From assembly GCF_015058625.1 (NCBI RefSeq), contig NZ_SVCA01000009.1: DNA of 24,000 nucleotides. One strand, given 5' to 3'. The stretch comes from Selenomonas ruminantium. Lineage in GTDB: Bacteria; Bacillota; Negativicutes; Selenomonadales; Selenomonadaceae. The translations under genes were made by a program, and so were the position numbers. The notes beneath the pieces were generated by a model, which saw nothing but the letters and a program-made list of their open reading frames with translations, searched no databases and was not told the DNA's origin. Below are positions 7,534-15,564 of this stretch, piece after piece. Within the stretch, counting starts at the first letter, position 1. Every line of letters starts with the position of its first letter.

Positions 7534-9963
7534 GTGGAGTTTGAACAGGGAAAAATTGTCCCCGTCAATCTGGAACACGAGATGAAGAACTGCTACATCG
7601 ACTATGCGATGAGCGTTATCGTGGCTCGTGCCCTGCCGGATGTCCGGGACGGTTTGAAGCCGGTACATCGCCGTATCCTCTACGCCATGCAGGAAGCCGG
7701 CATGGGGTCCGGCAAGCCCTACAAGAAGTCGGCGCGTATCGTCGGCGAAGTTTTGGGTAAATATCACCCCCATGGTGATAGCTCCGTTTATGATGCCATC
7801 GTCCGTATGGCGCAGGATTTCTCCATGCGCTATATGCTGGCTGACGGCCACGGCAACTTCGGTTCTGTCGATGGTGACCCGGCGGCTGCCATGCGTTATA
7901 CGGAAGTCCGTATGTCCAAGATTTCCGAGCTCATGCTGCAGGATATCGACAAGGAAACCGTGGATTTTGTGCCCAACTATGATGAGTCCTTGAAGGAACC
8001 GTCGGTACTGCCGTCAAAGTTCCCGCAGCTGCTCGTCAATGGTACTTCGGGTATCGCCGTAGGTATGGCAACCAATATCCCGCCGCACAATATGCGGGAA
8101 GTCATTGACGGCACGCTGATGCTCATTGACAATCCGGATACGACCATTGAGGAACTCATGACGGCCATCAAGGGGCCGGATTTCCCCACGGCAGGTCTTA
8201 TCCTGGGCAAAGAGGGCATTAAGCAGGCTTATATGACGGGCCGCGGCATCATCAAGATGCGCGCCAATGCCCATATCGAAACCATGAGCAACGGCAAACC
8301 TCGTATCGTGGTTACGGAACTGCCGTATCAGGTCAATAAGGCACGTCTGATTGAAAAAATCGCTCAGCTCGTGCGTGACAAGCAGATTGAGGGCATTACG
8401 GATTTGCGGGATGAGTCTGACCGCAACGGTATGCACATCGTTATTGATTTGCGCCGTGATGCCAACGCCAATGTCATCCTGAACCAGCTCTTCAAGCACA
8501 CGCAGCTGCAGGACAGCTTTGGTGTCATCATGCTGGCACTCGTGGACGGCAAGCCGCAGGTTTTGAACCTCAAGCAGGTGCTCCATTACTACATCAAGCA
8601 TCAGGAAGAGGTCATCACCCGCCGGACGCAGTACGAACTCAAAAAGGCCGAAGCCCGCGCCCATATTTTGGAAGGTTTGACGATTGCACTCGACCATCTG
8701 GATGCCGTCATTACGACCATCCGCGAGAGCCGTACGGCAGATATCGCCAAGGAAGCCCTGATGTCGGGCTTCAAGCTTTCCGATAAGCAGGCACAGGCCA
8801 TCCTCGACCTCCGTCTCCAGCGCCTGACCGGTCTGGAACGCGAAAAGATTGAGGAAGAATATCAGGAAACCTTGAAAGCTATCGAAGAATACAAGGCGAT
8901 TCTGGCGGATGAACAGAAAATCCTGAACATCATCAAGGAAGAACTCACGACGGTGAAGGAAAAGTACGGTGATGACCGCCGCACGAAACTCACCATTGAC
9001 ACTTCGGAAATCGATGTGGAAGACCTCATCGCCGAGGAAGATGTGGTCATTACCCTCACCCATAACAACTACATCAAGCGGATGCCGCTCGACACCTACC
9101 GCCGCCAAAACCGCGGCGGCAAGGGCATCAAGGGCATGGGCACGAAGGAAACGGATTTTGTGGAAAACCTGCTGATTACCACAACCCACCACACCATCCT
9201 GTTCTTTACGACCCGCGGCCGCGTCTACAGCCTCAAGGCTTACGAGATTGCCGAATCCAGCCGCACGGCCAAGGGCACGGCGATTATCAATCTGCTGCAG
9301 CTTGACCAGGGCGAAAAGATTACGGCGGTCATTCAGGTCAAGGGCTTTGACCCGGATAGATACCTCTTTATGGCTACCCGCAAAGGTATTGTGAAGAAAA
9401 CCTCTCTGTCCGAGTTTAGCAACCTGCGCAAGAACGGCCTTAACGCCATCAACCTCGATGATGATGACGACCTCATGGGCGTTAAATTCACCGATGGCGA
9501 AAGCTATCTGATGCTCGGCACGAAGCTCGGCAAGGCCATTGCCTTCTCCGAAGATGATGTGCGTGCTATGGGCCGTATGGCCCGCGGTGTCAAGGGCATT
9601 ACGCTGGCTGATGGCGATGAAGTGGTCGGCATGGATATCCTCGTGCGCAATGCCGAAGTCCTGACCGTTACGGAAGGCGGCTATGGCAAGCGCACCAGCA
9701 CCGAAGAATACCGCGCACAGACCCGCGGCGGCAAGGGCCTCATCAACATGAAGGTAACGGAAAAGACCGGTCAGGTCGTAGGCATCAAGGTGGTTCGTCC
9801 CGAACACGAACTGATGCTCATAACCACCGACGGTATCGTAATCCGCACCAACGTATCCGATATTTCCGTCATCAGCCGTAATACGCAGGGCGTAAAGCTC
9901 ATGACCACGGCAGAAAATGACAAGGTGGCTTCCATGGCTACTCTGGAGCAGAAGGAAGACTAA
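7534..9963 (+). CDS. gyrA: DNA gyrase subunit A
   Basis: The protein is 809 aa. It starts [32 protein letters not shown] and carries the QRDR-type [17 protein letters not shown] and the active-site region AAMRYTE. C-terminal beta-pinwheel repeats are present. The start is GTG with RBS GAGGTGA. Confidence 0.97.
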   Translation: MEFEQGKIVPVNLEHEMKNCYIDYAMSVIVARALPDVRDGLKPVHRRILYAMQEAGMGSGKPYKKSARIVGEVLGKYHPHGDSSVYDAIVRMAQDFSMRYMLADGHGNFGSVDGDPAAAMRYTEVRMSKISELMLQDIDKETVDFVPNYDESLKEPSVLPSKFPQLLVNGTSGIAVGMATNIPPHNMREVIDGTLMLIDNPDTTIEELMTAIKGPDFPTAGLILGKEGIKQAYMTGRGIIKMRANAHIETMSNGKPRIVVTELPYQVNKARLIEKIAQLVRDKQIEGITDLRDESDRNGMHIVIDLRRDANANVILNQLFKHTQLQDSFGVIMLALVDGKPQVLNLKQVLHYYIKHQEEVITRRTQYELKKAEARAHILEGLTIALDHLDAVITTIRESRTADIAKEALMSGFKLSDKQAQAILDLRLQRLTGLEREKIEEEYQETLKAIEEYKAILADEQKILNIIKEELTTVKEKYGDDRRTKLTIDTSEIDVEDLIAEEDVVITLTHNNYIKRMPLDTYRRQNRGGKGIKGMGTKETDFVENLLITTTHHTILFFTTRGRVYSLKAYEIAESSRTAKGTAIINLLQLDQGEKITAVIQVKGFDPDRYLFMATRKGIVKKTSLSEFSNLRKNGLNAINLDDDDDLMGVKFTDGESYLMLGTKLGKAIAFSEDDVRAMGRMARGVKGITLADGDEVVGMDILVRNAEVLTVTEGGYGKRTSTEEYRAQTRGGKGLINMKVTEKTGQVVGIKVVRPEHELMLITTDGIVIRTNVSDISVISRNTQGVKLMTTAENDKVASMATLEQKED

Positions 9964-9964
9964 A

Positions 9965-10333
9965 ATGAAACCTATTGCGCATATAAGTAAGAAGGTTATT
10001 GATGCATTAGGTTTGGATATTACCGAAAATACACCGATATACTTAGGAAAAAGTAATATTGAACATATGAAACAGAAGCACTCCGCTGATTATGATGAGT
10101 ATGGAGATGTTATAGCTGATATTTTAAATCAGCCGGAATATGTTGGTAAAAATCCTAAGGATGATTCAATAGAGTATGTGCGTGAGTATAAGCGTGATGA
10201 TGACGAATTTGTCAAAGTAGCAGTACGAATTTCATTGAAAGGCCGGTACTATGCACGTTCGTTGTATGTATTAAGTGCTAATCGTGCGCGGAATTTCATA
10301 CGCAAAGGAACATTAAAGGATTTGACAAAGTAG
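9965..10333 (+). CDS. Small AT-rich protein resembling PBECR-type (Barnase/EndoU/ColE5/RelE-like) nuclease-fold domains
   Basis: ATG 9965 lies 1 nt after the gyrA stop, with RBS AAGGAAG. The ORF-track start at 9917 overlaps gyrA and is unlikely. The pattern IYLGKSNIEHMKQKH...ILNQPEYVG...DSIEYV...VKVAVR...YYARSLYVL matches my recollection of PBECR domains from phage and conjugative-element proteins. I have not verified this by search. Confidence 0.55.
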   Translation: MKPIAHISKKVIDALGLDITENTPIYLGKSNIEHMKQKHSADYDEYGDVIADILNQPEYVGKNPKDDSIEYVREYKRDDDEFVKVAVRISLKGRYYARSLYVLSANRARNFIRKGTLKDLTK

Positions 10334-10350
10334 GTAATATGAACTAAAAT
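10322..10350 (+). promoter_or_regulatory. Near-consensus promoter overlapping the 3' end of the PBECR-like gene
   Basis: TTGACA (10322-10327), a 17-nt spacer, then TAAAAT (10345-10350). Confidence 0.5.
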
Positions 10351-10356
10351 TGTATA

Positions 10357-10485
10357 TAAGAAGAGAAGCAGAGGACGGAACGGGCAGCCGTCGCCGGAAG
10401 GGGAAACCCTGATTAGGAGATGCGGGAATGTCACCCCGCCTATTCTCGAATTCGGATAGGAGTCGCTTAGCGGCTCCTATTTTTA
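10357..10485 (+). ncRNA. Candidate orphan structured small RNA (about 130 nt)
   Basis: A GC-rich segment contains several local hairpins (GACGG/CCGTC, GCGGG/CCCGC). It ends in a 10-bp stem (10456-10465 with 10471-10480) plus TTTT. No plus-strand gene lies downstream. Confidence 0.35.
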
Positions 10486-10500
10486 TGAAAGCAAATATAG

Positions 10501-10552
10501 AAAATGCCGATAAAAACAACAATACAATGCTGTTGTTTTTATCGGCATTTTT
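10501..10552. terminator. Bidirectional terminator (malic enzyme 3' end)
   Basis: A 21-bp perfect stem, AAAATGCCGATAAAAACAACA (10501-10521) with TGTTGTTTTTATCGGCATTTT (10531-10551). Confidence 0.85.
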
Positions 10553-10557
10553 GTACT

Positions 10558-11790
10558 TTACTTTTTCAACAGTTCTCTTGTATGTTCTGCCACCATTTCC
10601 GGGGTCATATTGCGGTTTCTGGCTACGCCGGTCTTACGGGCGGCCTTTGCAACGGCTGCGGCAACTGTTGGGGCTACTTCGGGATTGAAGGGGCTCGCTA
10701 TAATATGGTCTTCGTCCAGTTCCTCCGGTTTAATCAGGGAGGCAATGGCCTTGGCTGCGGCCATCTTCATTTCCTCATTGATGGTGCTGGCCTGTACGTC
10801 CAGAGCGCCGCGGAAGATGCCGGGGAAGGCCAGGAGGTTATTGACCTGATTGGGGAAGTCGGAGCGGCCCGTGCAGACGATTCTTGCTCCGGCTTTTTTG
10901 GCCAGCTGGGGCAGGATTTCCGGTTCAGGATTGGCCATGCCCATGACGATGGCATTGGGGGCCATGGTACGCACCATATCCTGCGTGACACAGCCTGCTA
11001 CGGATACGCCGATAAATACATCCGCTTTGCGGATGACGGCGTTCAGCGGGCCTGCCTCGTGGCTGGGATTGGTAATCCTGGCAATATCGTCCTTGTAGGG
11101 GTTCATGCCGTTGGGACGGCCTTCATAGATGGCACCGCGGGAGTCGCAGAGGATGATATTGCGGCCGCCGGCACTGTGAATCAGCCGCGTAATGGCCTGT
11201 CCGGCAGCTCCGGCACCATTGACCACGAATTTAGCCGTGGCAAAGTCCTTGCCCACAATCTTGAAGGCATTAATCAAAGCGGAAACCACCACAATGGCAG
11301 TACCATGCTGGTCATCATGGAATACGGGGATGTCTAAGGTCTTTTTCAGTTCCCGTTCAATATCAAAGCACTGGGGGGCCTTGATGTCCTCCAGATTGAT
11401 GCCGCCAAAAGATGGCGCCATGAGTTGTACGGCCTTGATGACCTCCAGAGGCTCTTGCGTGTCCAAACCGATAGGCACGGCATCTACGCCTGCAAAGCCC
11501 TTAAAGAGGATGGCCTTGCCCTCCATTACAGGCATACCCGCCTGTGCGCCGATATTGCCTAAGCCCAGCACAGCCGTACCGTTGGTGACCACCGCCACCA
11601 TATTGCCTTTGCTGGTATAGTCATAGGCCTTTCGCTTGTCCTCCTTGATGGCAAGACAGGGGGCGGCCACGCCGGGAGTATAGGCCAGCGTCAAATCTTC
11701 GGCACTGGTCAATGGCACTTTGCTGGCAACTGCCAGCTTGCCCTGATGGTCTTTATGCAGCTGCAAAGCCTGTTCATTTACATTGCTCAT
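10558..11790 (-). CDS. maeA: NAD(P)-dependent malic enzyme (short, about 410 aa type)
   Basis: The N-terminal LAYTPGVA, GTAVLGLGNIG, DDQHGTAIV and the dinucleotide fold VVNGAGAAG are present. The symbol is used generically. Confidence 0.9.
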   Translation of the reverse strand: MSNVNEQALQLHKDHQGKLAVASKVPLTSAEDLTLAYTPGVAAPCLAIKEDKRKAYDYTSKGNMVAVVTNGTAVLGLGNIGAQAGMPVMEGKAILFKGFAGVDAVPIGLDTQEPLEVIKAVQLMAPSFGGINLEDIKAPQCFDIERELKKTLDIPVFHDDQHGTAIVVVSALINAFKIVGKDFATAKFVVNGAGAAGQAITRLIHSAGGRNIILCDSRGAIYEGRPNGMNPYKDDIARITNPSHEAGPLNAVIRKADVFIGVSVAGCVTQDMVRTMAPNAIVMGMANPEPEILPQLAKKAGARIVCTGRSDFPNQVNNLLAFPGIFRGALDVQASTINEEMKMAAAKAIASLIKPEELDEDHIIASPFNPEVAPTVAAAVAKAARKTGVARNRNMTPEMVAEHTRELLKK

Positions 11791-12000
11791 ATATCATTCA
11801 AACTTCCTTTCTGATGATGGTCTATATTTTAGCTCTATGGTCAAGCTAAGTCTGTGTGTTATGTTACAGTTTACAGTCTCGTGGATATTAGTTAATAAAA
11901 TCCATAAAACTGTAATATATTTCATTATAACCAGATTTGTAGAAAAAACAAATATCAAATATTGATTGATACAATAGTTATATTTTATAAACAAAATATG

Positions 12001-12043
12001 AAAAAATCCCCGTATAACTTTTAGTAAAGTTATACGGGGATTT
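12001..12043 (-). terminator. Intrinsic terminator of the LCP gene
   Basis: A 16-17 bp stem, AAATCCCCGTATAACTT with AGTTATACGGGGATTT, is followed by a U6 tract on the minus strand (A 12001-12006). Confidence 0.85.
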
Positions 12044-12067
12044 GAAGTACGAACTTAGCTTATGAAG

Positions 12068-13327
12068 TTAACGGGTTTTGCTTACCCCTGCGCTGGGGGT
12101 CGGTACGGAGGAATCGCCATTACTATTATCGGTGCTGGGAGCACTTTGACGGCGGTCGGAGCGGGAAGTTTCTTCACGGTTGCCCCGTTCTTCGCTGTTG
12201 CGGGTGCGTTCCTCCCGGTCTATATTTTTGTCTTCGCTGCGTTTATTCTTATCGGCTTTTTCCTCCCGGCGGCGGTTCTTGCTGCTGTCAGAAGGTCTGG
12301 CTTTGCCAATGGAGGTATCGCTGGCAGGAACTTCGCTGGCACTGGCCGGAATACTGTTCTCATACTCGCGGATATCGGCTTCCATCTTGGTCTTGTACTT
12401 GCCGCTGAGGGATACGCCCAAGGTATCCGCTACCGTCATGCGGAGTTTGTTGAGGTTGGGAATCCAATAGCTGACGCCATCGATATAGAGCGGTTTGCCT
12501 GGCACCATATCGGTCTTGAGGCCGTTTTCTTTGGACTGCTTCAAGGTACCGGCAAATTCCAGCAGCTGGCGGAAGGTCAAATCCGTCTGGATGGAATCCA
12601 TGACTTCCTTGATAACGGAAGGCAGTTTTGGAATAATGGCCGGGGAAACAATCTTATCCATGCAGGCGCGCATAAAATCCTGCTGGCGGCGGATACGGCC
12701 CAAATCCCCTTCTTCGTCACGATAGCGCACATAGGTTACGGCTTTTGCGCCGTCCATATGCTGCATACCCGGCTGGAAGTCGATGATAAGACCGCCGTCA
12801 TCATCCCAAGGGTCTTCGTAGTGCATGCGTTTAGGCACATCAATATCAATGCCACCAATGGCATCAATAATTTTCTTAAATGACTTGGTATTAATGATGA
12901 TGTAATGGTCAATATTTACGCCGAGCAGATTCTCTACTGTGTCCTGAGAGAGCTTTTCCTTGCCATAGGCATAGGCGGCGTTGACCTTGTCAAAGCCATG
13001 TCCTTTGATTTTTACACGGGTATCGCGGGGCACGGAGAGCAGCGAAGCCTGATTGGTCTTGGGGTCGATGGAGGCAATCATCAGTGTGTCGCTGCGGCCT
13101 ACATCATCGTCACGTTCGTCCACACCCATAATCATAATGGTGGCCTTGTCTTTGGCGGTAATCAGTTCTTCACTCTGTTTCTTTTCCACAGGTTTTTCCA
13201 GCAGACTGTTGCTGGCGTAGTAAGCACCAGCCAAAGCTGCGGAGATAAACACCAGTACCATCAGCACCCAAGGCCAGATACGGCGTTTCTTCTTTGCCTT
13301 GCGAGGAGGAATATTGGAAGTTTGCAA
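12068..13327 (-). CDS. LytR-CpsA-Psr (LCP) family protein with a highly charged C-terminal tail
   Basis: It has an N-terminal basic segment plus TM (KKKRRIWPWVLMVLVFISAAL) and the LCP core MGVDERDDDVGRSDTLMIASIDP...LLSVPRDT. The start is TTG with RBS AGAAGG 8 nt upstream. The last roughly 90 aa are R/E/S/D/K-rich low complexity. Confidence 0.9.
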   Translation of the reverse strand: MQTSNIPPRKAKKKRRIWPWVLMVLVFISAALAGAYYASNSLLEKPVEKKQSEELITAKDKATIMIMGVDERDDDVGRSDTLMIASIDPKTNQASLLSVPRDTRVKIKGHGFDKVNAAYAYGKEKLSQDTVENLLGVNIDHYIIINTKSFKKIIDAIGGIDIDVPKRMHYEDPWDDDGGLIIDFQPGMQHMDGAKAVTYVRYRDEEGDLGRIRRQQDFMRACMDKIVSPAIIPKLPSVIKEVMDSIQTDLTFRQLLEFAGTLKQSKENGLKTDMVPGKPLYIDGVSYWIPNLNKLRMTVADTLGVSLSGKYKTKMEADIREYENSIPASASEVPASDTSIGKARPSDSSKNRRREEKADKNKRSEDKNIDREERTRNSEERGNREETSRSDRRQSAPSTDNSNGDSSVPTPSAGVSKTR

Positions 13328-13483
13328 AAATCATACCTTCTTTTCTTCAAAATTGTTATGGATTCTTACTCATTGTAACACATGTTTATTATAAACTAAT
13401 TAAGTATAACAAACAAATCTGAAAAAAGCGAGGGTTCAGTGGAAAAAATGTTACAATATAGAGAGTAAAGGAGGCTGAGGTTC

Positions 13484-13948
13484 ATGGCAAAGGAAATTGA
13501 ACGGAAATTTTTGGTGAAAGACAGCTGGCAGCCGCAAAGTGAAGGCATAAAAATCGCTCAGGGTTATCTGTCTACGGTGCCGGAGCGTACGGTGCGGGTG
13601 CGGATAAAGGGAAATAGGGGTTATCTGACCATCAAGGGGAAGAATCAGGGCATCAGCCGGGCGGAGTTTGAATACGAAATTCCCCGGCAGGATGCAGAGG
13701 AAATGCTGCAGCTGGCCGAACAGCCCATTCTCGTCAAGACCCGCTATTTGGAACAGCAGGGAGAATTCACTTGGGAAGTGGATGTTTTCGCGGGCGAAAA
13801 TCAGGGGCTGGTAGTGGCAGAAATCGAACTGCCGGCAGAGGATGCGGAGTTTTCGCGTCCGGCCTGGCTGGGACAGGAAGTATCCGGTGATGTCCGTTAC
13901 TACAATGCAAACTTAATAAAATGCCCATTTTCCCTGTGGAAAAAGTAG
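13484..13948 (+). CDS. CYTH-domain protein (CyaB/ThTPase-like triphosphate tunnel enzyme)
   Basis: The N-terminal EIERKFLV (ExExK) signature, the later E-x-E (VAEIELP) and the size of 154 aa all fit. Confidence 0.85.
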   Translation: MAKEIERKFLVKDSWQPQSEGIKIAQGYLSTVPERTVRVRIKGNRGYLTIKGKNQGISRAEFEYEIPRQDAEEMLQLAEQPILVKTRYLEQQGEFTWEVDVFAGENQGLVVAEIELPAEDAEFSRPAWLGQEVSGDVRYYNANLIKCPFSLWKK

Positions 13949-14211
13949 GATTTTGTAACATTATGAGGAGACTTCGGGATATCCACAAGATTTATGCATA
14001 AATCTGGGGATAAAAGTACAAAATGTAGTTGATAAGCGTTTGTCAAGATGAAAATATAGGGTTATCCACGGATTTATCCACATTATCCACAGATTTTGCC
14101 TAGATGGGCATAGACAATATTCACATGATGCTTATATATTATAGAAGGAAAATGCAAAAAAACGGGGAGAAGTTCATACTTATCCACACCTGTGGATTAT
14201 TATGTGGATAA
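13935..14211. other. DnaA-box cluster (candidate oriC segment or DnaA-titrating/regulatory cluster)
   Basis: Four perfect TTATCCACA boxes lie at 14074-14082, 14083-14091, 14180-14188 (+) and 14203-14211 (-). Five one-mismatch boxes lie at 13935-13943, 13979-13987, 14005-14013, 14062-14070 and 14191-14199. An AT-rich stretch at 14126-14162 lies between the box groups. Confidence 0.75.
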
Positions 14212-14319
14212 AATGTTCCCTTCTTTGACGGGATTCACATGGACAGGCAGGATTTTTTTTGCTGAAGGCGAATTCATAAGAGAATAGGCATGATTAGTGG
14301 AAGAAAGAGGTGAGAAGTC

Positions 14320-15000
14320 ATGCTGTCGGAATGGGAGTTGTTTCTGAGGCTGGTTCTCTCCTGTATATTGGGCGGTATCATTGGTTACGAGCGGCAGTCC
14401 CGCAGAAAATCGGCGGGTCTGCGTACCAATGTGCTGGTATGTCTTGGTTCCTGCTTGATTATGGTCATGTCCATCGGCCTGTATCAGGATGTTGAGGGCA
14501 AGACCAATGCTGACCCGGCGAGACTAGCGGCACAGGTGGTCAGCGGCATTGGTTTTTTAGGTGCCGGTGCCATCATGAAGGAGGGGCTGTCCGTTACGGG
14601 CCTGACTACTGCCGCTTGCCTTTGGGTGGTGGCTGGTGTTGGCTTAGCGGTAGGTGCTGGCTTTTATACCGGGGCGCTCATTAGTACCGGTCTGGTCTTT
14701 GTGACCTTGGGCAGTTTGTCCCGTTTGGACGACTGGGTGGACCATGAGAAGAATCTTTCGCTCAATATCCATACGGTGGACAGGCCTGGGCAGCTTATGC
14801 GCATCAGCCGCTGTCTGGAGGACTTACAGCTGCGGGTCAGAGGCGTAAAGGTTAAGGCCGATGAGGACGAAATGGAAGAGGGCGGCGAGCGCTCGATGTA
14901 TATTGATTTGGAAATTTTCAACAAGCAGAGTATCAAGAGTATCATCATTGTCGATGCCGTGCGGCAGATAGACGGTGTTATCCGGGTGGATGTGGTCTAA
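14320..15000 (+). CDS. MgtC/SapB-family membrane protein
   Basis: The N-terminal LRLVLSCILGGIIGYERQSRRKSAGLRTNVLVCLGS signature, about 4-5 TM segments and an ACT-like soluble C-terminal domain are present. Confidence 0.88.
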   Translation: MLSEWELFLRLVLSCILGGIIGYERQSRRKSAGLRTNVLVCLGSCLIMVMSIGLYQDVEGKTNADPARLAAQVVSGIGFLGAGAIMKEGLSVTGLTTAACLWVVAGVGLAVGAGFYTGALISTGLVFVTLGSLSRLDDWVDHEKNLSLNIHTVDRPGQLMRISRCLEDLQLRVRGVKVKADEDEMEEGGERSMYIDLEIFNKQSIKSIIIVDAVRQIDGVIRVDVV

Positions 15001-15088
15001 GAAAAATTTTATTTCGCGCAAGGATTTTGCTCTTGCATGGGGAATAGTAGAAGTAGGTAGTAGTGGCTAGAAAAGGAGTGAACCAAAT

Positions 15089-15508
15089 ATGAATCCGGAA
15101 ATTGTGGATACTATGGTGCGGGCGGCTATGCAGGTCATGGATAACGCTTATGTACCTTATGGAAAGGCAGCTATTGGCGCTTGCGTGTTGGCCAGTGATG
15201 GCACCTTTTATACAGGATGTAATATCGAAAACGCCGTACCCCGGCTCTCCGTCTTTGCGGAGGAAGTGGCTATGTACCGGGCGGTAGCAGATGGCAAGCG
15301 GGAATTTGACGCCATTGCCGTGATTGCTGATACGGATGAGCCCTTTGTTCCCAATGGTGCCGTATGTCAGCTGTTGGCAGAGTTCAACGTGGAAGAAATC
15401 ATCATGACCAATATGGACGGCGTGGTGAAGACCGCGAAGCTCACCGATTTGATGCCGTATGCCAGAGCACCGCTGGATAATGCTCTGCGCCCTGCAGAAG
15501 AAGATTAA
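15089..15508 (+). CDS. Cytidine-deaminase-fold protein with degenerate zinc-binding motifs
   Basis: It aligns by eye with homotetrameric Cdd (YVPYGKAAIGACVL..DG..YTGCNIENA). However, CAE is FAE and PCGxCRQ is PNGAVCQ. Confidence 0.75.
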   Translation: MNPEIVDTMVRAAMQVMDNAYVPYGKAAIGACVLASDGTFYTGCNIENAVPRLSVFAEEVAMYRAVADGKREFDAIAVIADTDEPFVPNGAVCQLLAEFNVEEIIMTNMDGVVKTAKLTDLMPYARAPLDNALRPAEED

Positions 15509-15520
15509 AACGCTAAAGTA

Positions 15521-15564
15521 ATGCCCCCTTTCTTTCGATATATAGAGAGAAAGGGGGCATTTTT
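15521..15564 (+). terminator. Intrinsic terminator after the cdd-like gene
   Basis: A 13-bp stem, ATGCCCCCTTTCT (15521-15533) with AGAAAGGGGGCAT (15548-15560), is followed by TTTT. Confidence 0.85.

Noticed and set aside
8014-9807. A 597-aa ORF antisense to gyrA. Similar long antisense ORFs occur at 3383-4159, 10504-11337, 12062-12883, 16736-17383, 17597-18049, 19524-20159 and 20175-21209.
   Set aside because: Each lies entirely inside a confidently identified gene on the other strand. Their translations are low-complexity (rich in R, G, A and H), and they lack RBSs. They are shadow ORFs produced by GC-rich codon bias.
9917-9964. An upstream start for the PBECR-like ORF that overlaps gyrA by 47 nt.
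   Set aside because: The extension is simply the gyrA 3' end read in another frame. ATG 9965 has its own RBS and marks the sharp drop in GC content.
10370-10440. Resemblance of CGCCGGAAGGGGAAA to the glycine-riboswitch core CGCCGAAGGGGCAA.
   Set aside because: The other conserved glycine-aptamer blocks (GGAGAG start, CUCUCAGG...GAC end) are absent. There is an extra G in the core, and no downstream gene is present.
10428-10688. An 86-aa ORF with an acceptable SD (AGGAG, 8 nt upstream).
   Set aside because: It reads through two intrinsic terminators and into the 3' end of the convergent malic enzyme gene. The sequence looks like translated hairpins.
15020-15060. TAG-rich stretch AATAGTAGAAGTAGGTAGTAGTGGCTAG, reminiscent of DnaA-trio repeats.
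   Set aside because: It lies about 800 bp from the DnaA boxes with a whole gene in between, and no adjacent DnaA box is present. It is most likely chance sequence in the cdd-like gene leader.
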